Shown piece after piece: positions 38,501 through 51,309 of a DNA stretch of 64,000 bases. The position numbers and the translations under genes are program-made. Origin of the DNA: Balanoglossus misakiensis (lineage: Eukaryota; Animalia; Hemichordata); contig CM082583.2 of the NCBI GenBank assembly GCA_040954595.2, positions 12,562,987 through 12,626,986 on the forward strand, written 5' to 3'. The stretch's first letter is position 1. Every line of letters starts with the position of its first letter. The notes below the pieces were generated by a model that saw only the letters and a program-made list of their open reading frames with translations, searched no databases and was not told where the DNA came from.

Positions 38501-41500
38501 AATCAATGTCAGCAGTCCACGTATCCACCAAACTGGGAGTGTAACTTGCAGATTAACAGTCTGAACAACACTACATTGCAAGAGATTAGCACTTACCATA
38601 TCGACCACCCGGACGGTTGTCTTCCCTGTTCCACCTGTCATCCCGATCTCTGGAACCACGACCTCGGCCTCCAAATTCACCATTCTGACGATTTCGTTCG
38701 TTTCGCTCTGACACAGACCCATTCTCTTTTCCGCGCCCTGACACAGAAATGCCATATTTAGCTTGTTATCAACTTTATCACAAGTCCAAGTTCCCCCTGT
38801 ATTGGCCAACCTCTACCTTAGAAAATCATCGGTTTAGACCAACTTGTGCCCTACACATGTATTTTGTTTTATGTCTGTTTTTTTTTGTGTGCGGATTTTT
38901 TTACACCCAAGATCCCTCTGCTCCAGTTATGAACACTTATGAACCAACATGACCATTTCTCCTAAAACACACAAAAAGGGATATCACTGACATGACCTGA
39001 CCAGTTTAACAATTTCGCTAAAAGCCCAGAACGACGCTGAAGGTTGAACTACAAAAAAACATTCATGTCATACTCACCCCTCAAACGAGGTGGTGGTCCA
39101 TCACGGTCGCGGTCACGACCACGCCCTCGCCCACGGCTTGAGCTACCATTTCTGTTGTCTTTTTCTTTGTTTTCTCTCTCTCTGCTGCCCCTGTCCTTGT
39201 CCCTCTCTTTATCCCGGATTTTGTCTTTGGTGGGAATAGATGTGGGTTCCATGCGCTGTATCGCCGGCTGGTTCCGGCCTTTCTTCTTCCGTCCTGTTGT
39301 TTCCCACTGTCCCTGTGGGAATGAGAGATCAATGCAGTAGAGATCAGACCAAACTTGTCCAAACTACCAATAATTCAGAGCTCGTATAACCCCTGCTAAA
39401 GTCTATTCCAATAAATAATCCTGTGTCTACATGTGCTTGGCCACGGTTACGAGATGCGCGTGAAACACTGTTTTTTTTACATACCTGGTCAGCATCTTCG
39501 TTTTCGAAGAGGAAATTGATCGCTTTTTCGGGGTCATCGTCGTGGTCGTGTAATGCCACCATCACCTCATCTTGGGTTTTACCAGTGACATCTTGGACCT
39601 GAAATTGTAGCAACGGTCATAAAAATTGTACTGACAGACATGCAGGGTCTTATCCAGACTTCATGAGCAAGCATGCACTGGGTCAAAGAAAGTTTTAAAT
39701 AAATTAATAAATTAATTAATTAATTAATAAAGGAAAAGAACACTTGATCGGTACAGTACCTGTTGTATCTTTGCCAGTGTCTCTGGGTCGTCTGAATCGA
39801 TCATTTGTGCCATGCGAAGCTGTTCCGCTGTGGGCTGAACATTCTGAAAGGGGAAAAAAGAAATGTAAATTTACAGGTTTTTCCCTGCATTCAAATTTTT
39901 GCTATATTGCCACAGAAAGAAAGAATTACTCAGTTTTTAATTCAAATATTCTCCTCCTAACATATAAATAAGTCAAATGCCCACCAGACACACACAGACG
40001 CACAAAACATACACCAGCTTTTCCGCTTGGATTTTATGACGATCAACTTTGTGTTTGTATCTACACTGCTAATCTTATCTTGATTTGTAGCTAGGAGGAT
40101 GAACTCTTGACATACGTCAATGCTATTACGCTATGACGGACAAAAGAAATCATATTTAATTTGAAGTACCACTCCACTGAGACATAAGTCCTTGCCGGCA
40201 TATTGGATATGACAATGGCCATGTTCACAAAAAAATTAACTCTAACGCAAGGAGAATACGCAGGGGATAAACATACGCCACCCACTTAACAACTGAAACA
40301 CTACAGCAACTTGAGTGAGCTGGAGTGGGGCAAACTTGAATTTTAATAAGACATATGTTTTATCATCGCGTTATTACAAGAGGTTGTATCTGCGTACATG
40401 TATGTCACAGATTTTGCACATTGAAAAAAACACACGTTGATTTTCGAGTAATGGCTGAACACCTTCACAACCAGAAAACATAAATACATGTATCAAGACC
40501 TGACAAATTGATTTCCTAACAGCCAACATTTCTCAATGGAAGAATTTTCCTATTTAATATGAAATAATGCAGATACGATATTATGCAGTAACGTCTGTTA
40601 TTAGTAGGAAGTAGGACATGGAAATGGACATCAATTTTATTTCTGATCATAACGTCATGCACTCAGTAACGGCAACAAAGGTCACACTGATTAACAACAA
40701 CAAAGCACTGCAGTTAAAACCTACATGTGCATGACAAAGGCACAAAAATTGCAGTTTATTGAAGGTTTCAGATTTCACTCATTATTTCTCGTATAACACG
40801 AATCCACACACAGGTGAAAGGCCTATTAAAAACTCTACGGCATCAATGAATGACTCAATTAACAAACAGGTCCACTTGGAATTTCTGAACCTGCCCTGTT
40901 GAATGATGGCACTGGGCATGAGCGACTGGCATTTCAAGGAGAAAATAATGACACTGAATTAAACATGTTCACCGTAATTTGTGCCCAGGATTTATGTTAA
41001 TCATGTGCCATTTATAGCAAACAAAGCCCCACTGAGTCTAATTTTTACACATTTAAATGACCCTGATATAGGCGTATGCAACATTCACATTAGTTTCATA
41101 ATAAGAAGCCCTTCTCCCTTTCCATAATTGAAAGATTGGGGAATATTGGTAAATGATTTCGGAACCATGGTAACACTTCTGCCAATCAATCATTAGAACT
41201 GCTGTATCAGAGAAGCCTTGAACCAAGCTTTCCACTCCACTGCTTGCTAGTATCAGAGATGACTGTGTGACCTTTAAACTACCTTGAACTGACACTGTTC
41301 ACGTATTTTGAATTTCAGACGCAACATACATACATACACATTTGCGATGTCTTCCAGGAATTATGATAATACAGTTCATCTATCTAATACCATGTATTTA
41401 TCTGATTCTCAAGATCCACTGCAGCATTTCATCTCTCAGTTTCTGTTGACAGAACTGATCTGATGTGGCTTGTATGGTTTCACCAATAATATTACAAGTC

Positions 41501-41911
41501 AAGTGTGTATTTCCTTTGTTCAACTTGCTGCTTTCTGAACAAATTACAAGACTTATCTCCCAATCCTACATTTCGCATACATACACCATAAATGTTACAA
41601 CGGTTTCTTGTTTTGACCTTGTGTTATCATAATCTTGTACCTGTCAGTATGATCGTGTTGCGTGGGACACAAAACATACTGACGCACTAGTAAATTGAGA
41701 AGCGTCGCGTCGCTTTGATCACAGTTTTTCGGCGATCGGCAGATTTGACCTCAATATGCAAAACTACTTTCTAACCCATGATAAACCTTACCTGCTTCCC
41801 TGGTTGAACTGTGGTATGATTAGTGTTGTGTGTGTTGGATTTCGATGCTGGCTTGTCTCTTCCACTACTACTGCGCGTATTTGCACGTGTCGTGCCAACT
41901 GTAGACATCAT
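32597..41911 (-). CDS. UBAP2L: Ubiquitin-associated protein 2-like / lingerer (UBAP2/UBAP2L ortholog)
   Basis: N-terminus MMSTVGTTRA; QPTAEQLRMAQMI followed by the UBA domain (VQDVTGKTQDEVMVALHD...AINFLFE); RGG tract; LSESKVFTPS; LDVQFGALEFGS; Ser/Gln-rich region; QTYDKQGFHAGTPPPF; C-terminus YWGAN. Confidence 0.92.
33512..33592 (-). ncRNA. Possible intronic box C/D snoRNA (orphan), low confidence
   Basis: Minus strand: ATCAG-TATGATGT (imperfect C box) ... ATGA (D'?) ... TTTGGTTCCTTGATA-CTGA-T, with short terminal complementarity. No clear rRNA target recognised. Confidence 0.3.
34149..34225 (-). ncRNA. Intronic box C/D snoRNA, SNORD59/snR54-like (18S rRNA guide), copy A
   Basis: GACATCA/TGATGTC terminal stem, C box GTGATGA, D' CTGA preceded by AACTTTCGTTCT (antisense to conserved 18S AGAACGAAAGU), C' TTGAGGA, D CTGA. 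Confidence 0.85.
34478..34550 (-). ncRNA. Intronic box C/D snoRNA, SNORD59/snR54-like, copy B
   Basis: ATGTCA/TGACAT stem, C box ATGATGA, identical guide AACTTTCGTTCTA-CTGA, C' TTGAAGA, D CTGA. Paralog of 34149-34225 in the adjacent intron. Confidence 0.85.
36268..36344 (-). ncRNA. Intronic box C/D snoRNA with a guide antisense to 18S GCUACACUGA
   Basis: 8-bp terminal stem GAATGTTG/CAACATTC, C box ATGATGA, D' CTGA, C'-like ATGAGG, and D CTGA preceded by TTCAGTGTAGC(T). Confidence 0.8.
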
Positions 41912-42460
41912 ATACAGTATATACAAAACGTATATGTACAAAATAGAAAATCTGGAAGGAAAGCCAGTAAGTAATCTTAGTACAGAAGATGGTAGGTATG
42001 TTCAAAATGAAATGGCGGAAGTGAGTATGTCGGAAAGCCCGCAATGACTAAGAAGTGGAGTTTGGCATGTCCGTTGTCGGCGAGTCTAGTCGTCTAATTA
42101 TCATAATTAAGTAAAATTGCGAGCAGAATAGCCGATGTTCTTGTCCCTCGATTTATTTTTTTCGTGTACAGTATCAAGATCTGACATACTAAATTTCACC
42201 TCGTCCAGAAATAATATCGATTTTGCCCGACACAGGTGATCAAACGAGGACGACAATGAACAAAAACAGTGATCGACCATAGATGACATGTGACGCCATG
42301 CTGGATTTCGCCGAGTTTTTGTTCTGCGTCACAAAGAAAACAGCATCGAGTAAAATATCAACTAAATAAATATCCATAGGACTATTATTTTAGATCGCTT
42401 AAGATATATCAACTAGAAATACATTAAAATGATAAAATCTACCAGTTTCCGACAGTCCTT

Positions 42461-42547
42461 ACCTTATAATATGCAGTCACAAAAGCAGGAGGTCACGTGA
42501 TTTTTAAGAAAAAATTCGCGCCGCCATGTTAACCGGATGTGACGTCA
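42461..42547 (-). promoter_or_regulatory. Putative UBAP2L promoter / non-coding first exon
   Basis: ETS-CRE-like CCGGATGTGACGTCA (42533-47), YY1-like AACATGGCGGCG on the minus strand (42519-30), E-box GTCACGTGA, and a minus-strand donor AG|GTAAGG near 42462. Confidence 0.45.
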
Positions 42548-42891
42548 TTGTCGGATATATTTATAATTAATCAAGGAGATTTTCGGCATAGAAATGAGTA
42601 TAAAACAATCTATTAACCTGTATAAATTCGATGATTAAGATCCGTATTAATATATACATTCGAGCCAAAACCTGTCCCCGCACTAGAGAATAATCCTAAC
42701 ATGACGTCATTGTCGGCAATATTCGTAAAAGATCGGAAGTACATGCGCAATCTTATTTTCAGTTGTAAACAAAAGCCTTTTGCGTATAGCTAATCCGGCG
42801 TTGGTGGCGCTATACAAGACAAGGCGAGTGGAAGATGTTGGCCAACGCAATGCTATGATGTTTCCCCTGCTGATGTACGGCATTGCACGAA

Positions 42892-42962
<71 letters not shown>

Positions 42963-42983
42963 TATATATATATATATACATTG

Positions 42984-43016
<33 letters not shown>
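42892..43016. repeat. Compound microsatellite (GATA)n/(GACA)n/(TA)n
   Basis: Tandem tetranucleotide and dinucleotide runs seen directly. Confidence 0.95.
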
Positions 43017-43287
43017 CGCCGATCAAACTACAAAGGGGCAACACGTGTATGCAAAGGAGTCGAGTTTGAACATAGTCTCATGTTTTAATATACACTTCAC
43101 TGGGTATCTCCAGATGACAGTTGGAAATCCCCTGGAAATCTCAAGAGACATGCACGTAGGTCTAATCCATCCATTTCCAATCCAAAAGAAATGGTAAAAA
43201 TCGGGGGTCTACACGCTGTGAGTATGTAGCAAGTTATTTGCGTCATTTTCAGTAAACATTTTGTCTCTGTTCGCTTGTTTCATGTTC

Positions 43288-44779
43288 TTATTTTTGTTTC
43301 ACGGCAACAAGGTACAATATACCCCCGAATTCCGAATACGTTCGATCTTCCTTGTCGGCGTCAGTTGGAGTCATCTCTTCTGAAGTTACGATGTCACAGC
43401 CAGATTCTGACACAGCGGCTTTTATGAACTCTCCGTTGATATCCAGGCAGTAAAACCTCTTGTCCCCTACAATATACCACTCCTCATTCGTTACTGCAAT
43501 CATTATGAGCGTGCCACCCGGTTTTAGGAGATTGGTGACATCTTTCAGCGATTTCTTGTAGGATTCCTGATCCGGGGCTGCGACTTCCAGACAATAGGAC
43601 GTGATGATCGCGTCAAACGGTTCGTACACTTTCGGCTCAAGAGGGTGTGCTTTCAGAACGTCACAGGGGATAACGTCCTTTATGGACTGGCGAATCTTTT
43701 TCTGCGTTTCTTCCCATTTTACTCTATTACAAGAGAACAATAGATACTATTATCCTAAACACACATTCAAACTTGTGAGCAGAAAAAAACGTTTGAAATG
43801 AATGAACATATGAACTCCAATTTCCAATATGCCATGCTCGAACCTGTAGGCCTAAAGGTGGCCAATGAAACGTATCCTCTCTACAATCTCTACTTCTACT
43901 TTTAAAAATAACCGTACCCAATTCCTTTATAATTATCACACATTGTCTGAATGTACTGACTCCAGTCGATTGCGTCAGGTTCATCATTCAGCCACTTTTG
44001 GAGCTCTTGTCTGCACCGTACGGAATAGTCCGAGAACACGATTTCTGAGAATCTCGTGCAGGCAAATATGAGGTTGGCGATACTTGCCCCTCCGCCAATT
44101 TCCAACAGTCGTGGTCCAGTAAATTCGCCTAAATGGTCAAAACAGATATTATAAGGGTATATTAATTAATTATTTACTCACAGTAAGGTTAACCCATTTA
44201 CAGACAGATTTGGGGCATACTCTCCCGACGGGGACGTAAGCATTCACACAATATACACCCGTGTATGTGCATGTAGTGTGACGCGTATGTCCTGAATGTT
44301 TTATATCATCAATATATTATAAGCTTCGATGAGTCGAGTATGAAAGGGGTCATCAATGGCTTTACAACGTATCCTGAACCGTTCAAACGCAAAGTAGAAT
44401 TCCACAATTTTTCTTCGGATAGGGGAGGGCGGTTAAAGTCTATAATACTGGGTAAGGGAGTGGTCAGCTTCTCCGGACTGAGGGTGTCGTTGTATACTTT
44501 TTTTTTCATTTGCTCTATTTTGTGTAGATATATATGATCCCGCTATATTGCTATTAGTGACCTACGCCCTGGGTGGCATAAAGGGTTATTTTCTCCCAGT
44601 CGCATGACGACCGAATATGGGGATTTATACATACCCTTGGCAAACGTTTTTGCAGTCTCGTCAAACCGAAATCGGTTGATCTGTTTCATTAGTTCGTGAT
44701 CAGAAAAGATGTAACTGGAAACAAAGACCGGAGGATCGAATTCTGTGTTGTACGCATCGTCTCTGAGGAGAATCGCCAT
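43288..44779 (-). CDS. NNMT/PNMT/INMT-family small-molecule N-methyltransferase, 3 exons
   Basis: YNTEFDP; motif I LLEIGGGAS; FSEIVFSDY..ELQKWL..DAIDWS; VIPCDV; FDAIITSYCLE; LLKPGGTLI; WYIVGDKRF. Confidence 0.9.
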
Positions 44780-45396
44780 TGCGGCATTCGCTGCTTGGTA
44801 GAGTGGTTTGATGACGTCGTTGTACCAGCAGCAGGTCAAGGCTTTGTTAACAACGGTAATAAAAGACCCTTACATATCTCGAGGTGACTTGAATGCACAC
44901 GTTTCATGCTGTTATGGTTTTGGAGTGAAAATAATTGAATCGGGGCATAGGTGTTTCACTGTTGTCATACTTCTTATTCATTATTTTACGAAGGGTCAAT
45001 TTCGAGATCGAATTGAAACGACAAATGTTTCATCGGTTCATCACAAGTAAAGCATAGGATATATGAGGCCTTAGTCGCTCTCAATCGCCACCAGATCACT
45101 CGTCGCTTTGCGACTTGCCATATCCTATCGCCTGCGGCGCACTTTACGAAGCGAATTGCGAGACCAAAACTCATGAGCTGCAAATCGATAAAAATTGTCG
45201 GATATTCTTCTAATTCTGTCGATTAAATGCCTGATAGTATATCAAGCTCACACTTAATTATGACAACATGGCCACAAGAACAGTCGAAAACTCCCGCAAT
45301 TTAAAAAAAGTGAAATGTTGCAATGAAAAATGAAAATGTAAGCGAAAAATCAAGAAGGCTGAGGCTAGGTTATAGACTTAGTCTTAGACCTATAGA

Positions 45397-46560
45397 CTAG
45401 TACTTATACTTTCCGGGTGCATGACTTGAACTTGGGGGTGGTACGTGCATGCCTATAGTTCTAATCAAGCATATTGTATAGAAAATACTTAGTCTAGTAC
45501 TACTGCTGTAATTGTATCTATGGTAAACAAGACCGTGGGGAGGGGCGAGGGTAGTGGTGGTTTGGGGTAGGGAATCATTTGCTGTGGAAACAGATATTAG
45601 GGGGGGGGGTGTAGGCCTACATGTTTCACACATGAAATGGAAATTTGTGCATACATCCAGGGCTACCCCGGCCACACAGTGACCGTTGGGAATAGTTTAC
45701 ACGCATTTGCCAATCCATTGAGACAATGAGTGGTGTTTTCAACTGATCATTTATTTGCCGTTTCACTTCAAATATTGATCGATCGGTGCTCGTAAAAAGA
45801 AGAGGGAAAGTCGGCGCGCCGATACTATAAAAACCAATTGTGACCTGCAGATCAATTACTGGAGATCTGTTGAAACAAATAGACATGTGCCCAGACTTGA
45901 ACTCGAGTGCGTTGTCAAAGCAACACCGGCTCGAAAGCTGCAGTCTCTCACCTGTCGGGAAAAAATCAATAAACCTTGCCAGCTGGTCGCGTTCAAGTTT
46001 TTGTGAACAGACAACCTTCAGTACACTAACTGAATAATTTGTCATGCTAAATTCACCACAGCGGGCAGTGACCTCACCACTTCGCTGTCGGAATTAATGT
46101 ATGGTACTGTCTTCTAGTTAAATATAAATTAAAACTATTTTATTCCAGGGTAAGATAGTTTAAAAGGCATGGCGATCAATACCTAGTTGTCTGTAAAATA
46201 TTATTGACCGGCGAGTCATTTCGTGACGCGTCTCCCATATATGGGCAAAAATAAACAATTAAAGTGTCCATTTCGACAGCGTTGTCCAATGATATAGCGC
46301 GTCTCTGGAATATATCGATTTATGCATAGTACAGCAGGCCGGGTAGCTTGGCGTTCACTGTGCTGGGGGCAAGACGCTAGCAAGGTAAGGCAATTTTTAC
46401 CACCCAAGGTATTTCGATATGAATTCGCCACCTGTGGCAAAAGCAAGTGGAAATAATTTGTAGAACATCATTACTCGAATAATTGTTCAACTGGGTAATG
46501 TATTTAACCGGTACTCACAAGAATAGCAAATAATGTTGATAAAACAGGGAGAAGGGCCAT
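45397..46560 (-). pseudogene. Possible degenerate secreted C-type-lectin-like gene
   Basis: Signal-like exon MALLPVLSTLFAIL|gtgagt (ATG 46560). A later frame reads SQWIGKCV*TIPNGHCVAGVALDVCTNFHFMCET (CTL-like WIG...C...C...FxCE) with an in-frame stop, followed by a Thr/Pro-rich segment. Confidence 0.3.
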
Positions 46561-48861
46561 GTCACAGCTCAACTGAAGCGGTTGTAGTGTAGGACCTGCA
46601 AAAAGCGTCTTTATCATGTTGGCAGATTGATCTGTGGTCATGTTTCCTTGGAGACGGTTCTCAAACCATAATTAAATAGCGCTACAAAATTTGATCCAAC
46701 GTATCCTCATATATTGACGCCTAATCAAGGCGAGCCATATTTAGTACCCAGTGTTGCACGTACACCAGAAGCCGGTCACCATGTAGCCAGGTCGACTATT
46801 GTAATTATAATCCACATTTCTGCACTTTTTATCGCTGATCTAGATGCAAGTGAAAGTGTGATCCATGTTGTTGTGACCTTAGTGTCGCCATTTTGATAGC
46901 AATGTCATTCCCAAGGTCGGCGTGTTTGTGAATGTGGAATCGTGTGAATTAATGCACCGCGTTCTTGTGTGACCTGCAAAATGAGGTCAACTCGCCGGTT
47001 GCCACATACACATGTTCGCTCATCTCTTCGCAATATCATAATTTCTGGTTTCAGTCTAGTACTAGTTTGGTGGAAAACGGTACCGTTTTCTTGTATACCG
47101 TTGTGGAAAGACATTTAATTTGCTAGTTAAGTCTTTTGACTACTGTTATCTGTAGTGCGCACGTGTACCCATGACACATGGCGCGTCTCATTAATATCCA
47201 CGCCCGATAAAAACGCACGTATGCTACGAAAGACAACCGAAAACACAATGCGAACGTAAAACAACCGAATAATTCATGAAAAAACTGCCATAGTTAAGAC
47301 CCCAAAAGAAGGAATTGCCCAGACCCGGCCATGTGTCAAGGTCATAAATTTCGATGTCAATTCTCTGATTATGAAAGGAGGCAACTGATAACAGAAGACC
47401 TTGCCCTTGAATGAACCCATGTGAAGTTCGCAATGAGCGTGAGTTACCCCACGTATCAATAATGGTCTTACTAATAGGTCACTGCTGCGAGGTAGGGTAC
47501 AAGGACCGGTCATCACGTGGTCAGAGAAAAAAAGTTTTGCCCTACTCTGTGATGTTATTATTTCATTTTATTTATTTGAAGCATGGAGCTAGTGTTTGAA
47601 GCGAGGGAACAAGCTTTGTTCATGTTGTATAATTTTTTGCTGTTTTGTTGTCTAATGTTGGAAAAGCAGTTCCGTCATAATAAAATTGGGTTTTCCAGTT
47701 GGGTAGTGAAATTTCTGACTCCTAAAGGTCATTCAGTTTTAATTATGATTTTTTGTAGGACATTTTGTTTTCCCAAATCAAGCCTCAGTTATTTGTATTT
47801 CTGACCGGTTCATAATGTTTCTCAAACTATTCCAGGTTTTACTTGGTGAAAAAGTCACAAGTCTTTCCATAAAAATCAAAAAGGTCTGGCAATCCAAACT
47901 TTGCTGGGTTGCTGCCCCTATGAGATGTATTACTGGTCTGGGGTTGTTCATTTGCATATAAATAGGGGTGCTACTGTCATGTCCCTGACACAAGGATGGA
48001 GCCCCCTTAGTGGCTAAGCACTGTGGAATGAAACAGAACCTTATTGTTGTGCGTCCATAGCGACAATAGACAATAGCTACACTTCAAATAACCTGATATT
48101 TACATACTCTGCCAACTGTTTGCAAGCAGTGATATCAAAATTCTGCTCAAGGAAATTCCTCTACCTAAACAATTTTAAAGAAATCCAACATATTAGATTT
48201 TTTTTCCAACCATGCATTGAATAAGTTTGTATGAAAATTAATGCAGTGTATGGTGTCTATGTGTTTACTACTTAAAGTCCAGCCATTTCTTTCATATTTA
48301 AATGAGGTATGTTCAGGATGCATGCTCAGACTTGTCAGTTACTGAGCTTGAAGGCCAATAATAAAGCTTGGCAACTGATCTGAGTTGATAATGTCTTGAA
48401 GTCTCAACTCACTGTGTGAGTTAGTAGATTGGACAGAAAATTGGTGGCTGGCAATCAAATTTTCTGGTCTGAAATGTCTACAAGATGTTTGTATAGAGTA
48501 AATAAATTGAAGGAGAAGATTAAGATAAGAACCTATTTGCAAGATATGAAATGTTTATTCTTTTGTTTTCAGTGAAGTGTATATCTTTAAAAGAAACATA
48601 GAACATTTGTATCATACACACTAAAATGATACTCACTAAAAGAGCTGCTTTCTTGAGTTCATTGCCTCAAATGTGTTTCATATTTGATAAAACTGAGAAA
48701 AGAAATATTTCTCAGGCATTTGTCAAGCATTGCAAGTCATCCGACATTTGGAGAAATTATACTCCCTCTTGTGTACCAAATGAAAACCTTGTTTTACATT
48801 TCATTTCAGATTGTTTGCTAATCCAGGTAGTCAGTTTGGTGTCTATCACAACACTTCCAAG

Positions 48862-51309
48862 ATGGCCTTTGCAGGAAGGATCTTCTCATCCACTACAAAG
48901 AAAGTGGCAGCGGCCGGAGCTGTCGGTTTGGGCGTCTGCTCGGCCGTGTACTTCAGCACCTATGAGCCAGTGACAGCAACAGCTATGAGAGCCCATCGTC
49001 TCTACCCACCATCGGCCGACTACCCAGACCTGACCAAGCACAACAATCACATGGCTAAGTGTCTGACGCCAGGCATCTATGCAAAGCTCCGTGACAAGAC
49101 CACACCAAACGGCTACACCATTGACGAGTGTATCCAGACCGGAGTGGACAACCCAGGACATCCGTTTATCATGACTGTTGGCATGGTAGCAGGGGATGAA
49201 GAGAGTTACGAGGTCAGTCTTGATATGTGATTGAGACTGAAAGGGCCTTGCAGTATATTCAATGTAATGGACACTCTCAGATTGTCTTCAAAAAGCAATT
49301 TTTTGTTTAGGTGGGGGGGGGGGGGGATTAGACCTTAGTGTGAATACAAAATAATGAATTGCCATCTATGTATTTTTTTGTCCTCCAGGTTTTCGCTGAT
49401 CTGTTTGAACCTGTCATCAGTGACCGTCACCCAGGCTATGGCAGAAATGACAAACATCCAACAGATCTGGACAACACCAAAATCAGGGGAGGCGTGCTTG
49501 ACGAGAAATACGTCTTGTCGTCAAGATGTCGTACTGGACGTTCAATTCGTGGTCTTAGTCTGCCCCCTGCGTGCACTCGTGCCGAGAGACGAGAAGTGGA
49601 GAGAGTAAGTTTATTCTGATTGAAAAGTTAAAATTAAGTAAACTTAAGTAATTAGTAAGGAATTTTTCAGTAAGACAAAGTCGAATTTTTTTCTGGGAGA
49701 TGAACAATTAGTCTTGTATGTATGTTGCCAGAAAATAATATACATTTTGTGAAATATTAAGAACTAACCGGTGCCATTGTTTGTGTGTATTGTCAGGTTG
49801 TCGTCGATGCATTGGCCGAGCTGAAAGGAGAATTGAAGGGCAAGTATTACCCCCTGAACAACATGTCTGACAAGGAGCAAACACAGCTGATTGATGATCA
49901 TTTCCTGTTCGACAAACCCGTGTCTCCTCTACTGACCTGTGCCGGTATGGCTCGCGATTGGCCTGACGGTCGTGGCATCTGGTGAGTGCAGAGTTTGGTT
50001 ACGTACATATACCATGCAGGTTTTTTGGGGGGGTTATGCAAGTTTTTGATAGTGAAGTGCCTCTGTAGAAGATTACAAATAAGATGCAATCCTGTGGTTC
50101 TAGCCATAATTGATGTCAACAGATCAACAATTCTGGAAACTGCTTTGACCAATTTCTTGTCCCTATATTTCTTTAAAAAATAAAGGCACAACGACAAAAA
50201 GAATTTCCTGGTTTGGATCAACGAGGAGGACCACACAAGAGTGATTTCCATGGAGAAGGGTGGCAACATGAAGTCAGTCTTCGATCGTTTCTGCGTAGGA
50301 TTGAACCAGGTAAGAAAGCCAAAATGTTCAGTACAGTGCAACCTGGAGGTGATTTTACTGTCTTCCTTGGTTTGCAAATGAGATTTATGATGAGCGCCCT
50401 CAAGTGGCCATAATGTAATTATGAAAGTTTTCATGTCAAGTGTTGAGGAAAGTGTTACTGCCAAAATGGTCGAATATAAGAAGTTCACTAAGGCAAAGAA
50501 TCATACAAGGTTCCTTACTGATGTGTGTGAAATGTAAACCTCCAAAATTTTCATCATTTTTCCTTCAGGTTGAATCACTGATCAGTAAGAAGGGCTGGGA
50601 ATTTATGTGGAATGAGCATCTGGGCTACATCTTGACCTGCCCATCCAATCTTGGTACAGGACTGCGTGCTGGTGTGCACATCAAATTGCCAAATGTGTCA
50701 AAGGTGAGTGGTTGTTGACAGAGTATATTGGTCAGCAGTACAATAATCATTTCCAACAACCATGCCAGGGTTGTTTGACAAATTTAGTATTTGGATAAGA
50801 AAATATAAAGTGTGATACAGGAAACCATTGAATCCTTGCATCTGATTAATTTCTGACTCTTCCATTTTCTCTGACGCGAAGCATCCTCAATTTGAGAAGA
50901 TTCTGCTCAACCTGCGTCTTCAGAAGCGTGGCACTGGCGGTGTGGATACTGCGGCAACAGGTGGCATCTTTGACATCTCCAACATGGATCGTCTTGGAAA
51001 ATCAGAGGTATGCATGTAAAACAGAACTCCAATATGTATCGCTTAGATATGGATTTATTTTTAACTATTCAAAACTGATAATCCATAAGATAAAAGCATC
51101 AGCATCTAGTTGTGCTTTTGATATTAAAACTGGATTTGCTTCAGGGTCTGGGAAATCTTTGATATGAATAATAACTGTCATGGATCATCTTTTCTTCTTT
51201 TTCACAGGTTGAACTGGTGCAGTGTGTTATTGATGGTTTAAATCTTTTGATCCGTATGGAGAAGGAACTGGAAAAAGGACGCACCATTGATTCGCTGATC
51301 CCCAAGTAG
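48862..51309 (+). CDS. CKMT: Mitochondrial creatine kinase, 7 coding exons
   Basis: Basic targeting peptide; [10 protein letters not shown]; [10 protein letters not shown]; INEEDH; [11 protein letters not shown]; RGTGGVD (creatine-specificity Ile/Val residues present). All junctions are in phase. Confidence 0.95.

Noticed and set aside
38831-38840. GGTTTAGACC, matching 28S rRNA, as a possible snoRNA guide
   Set aside because: Only 10 nt, with no convincing C box/D box pair or terminal stem.
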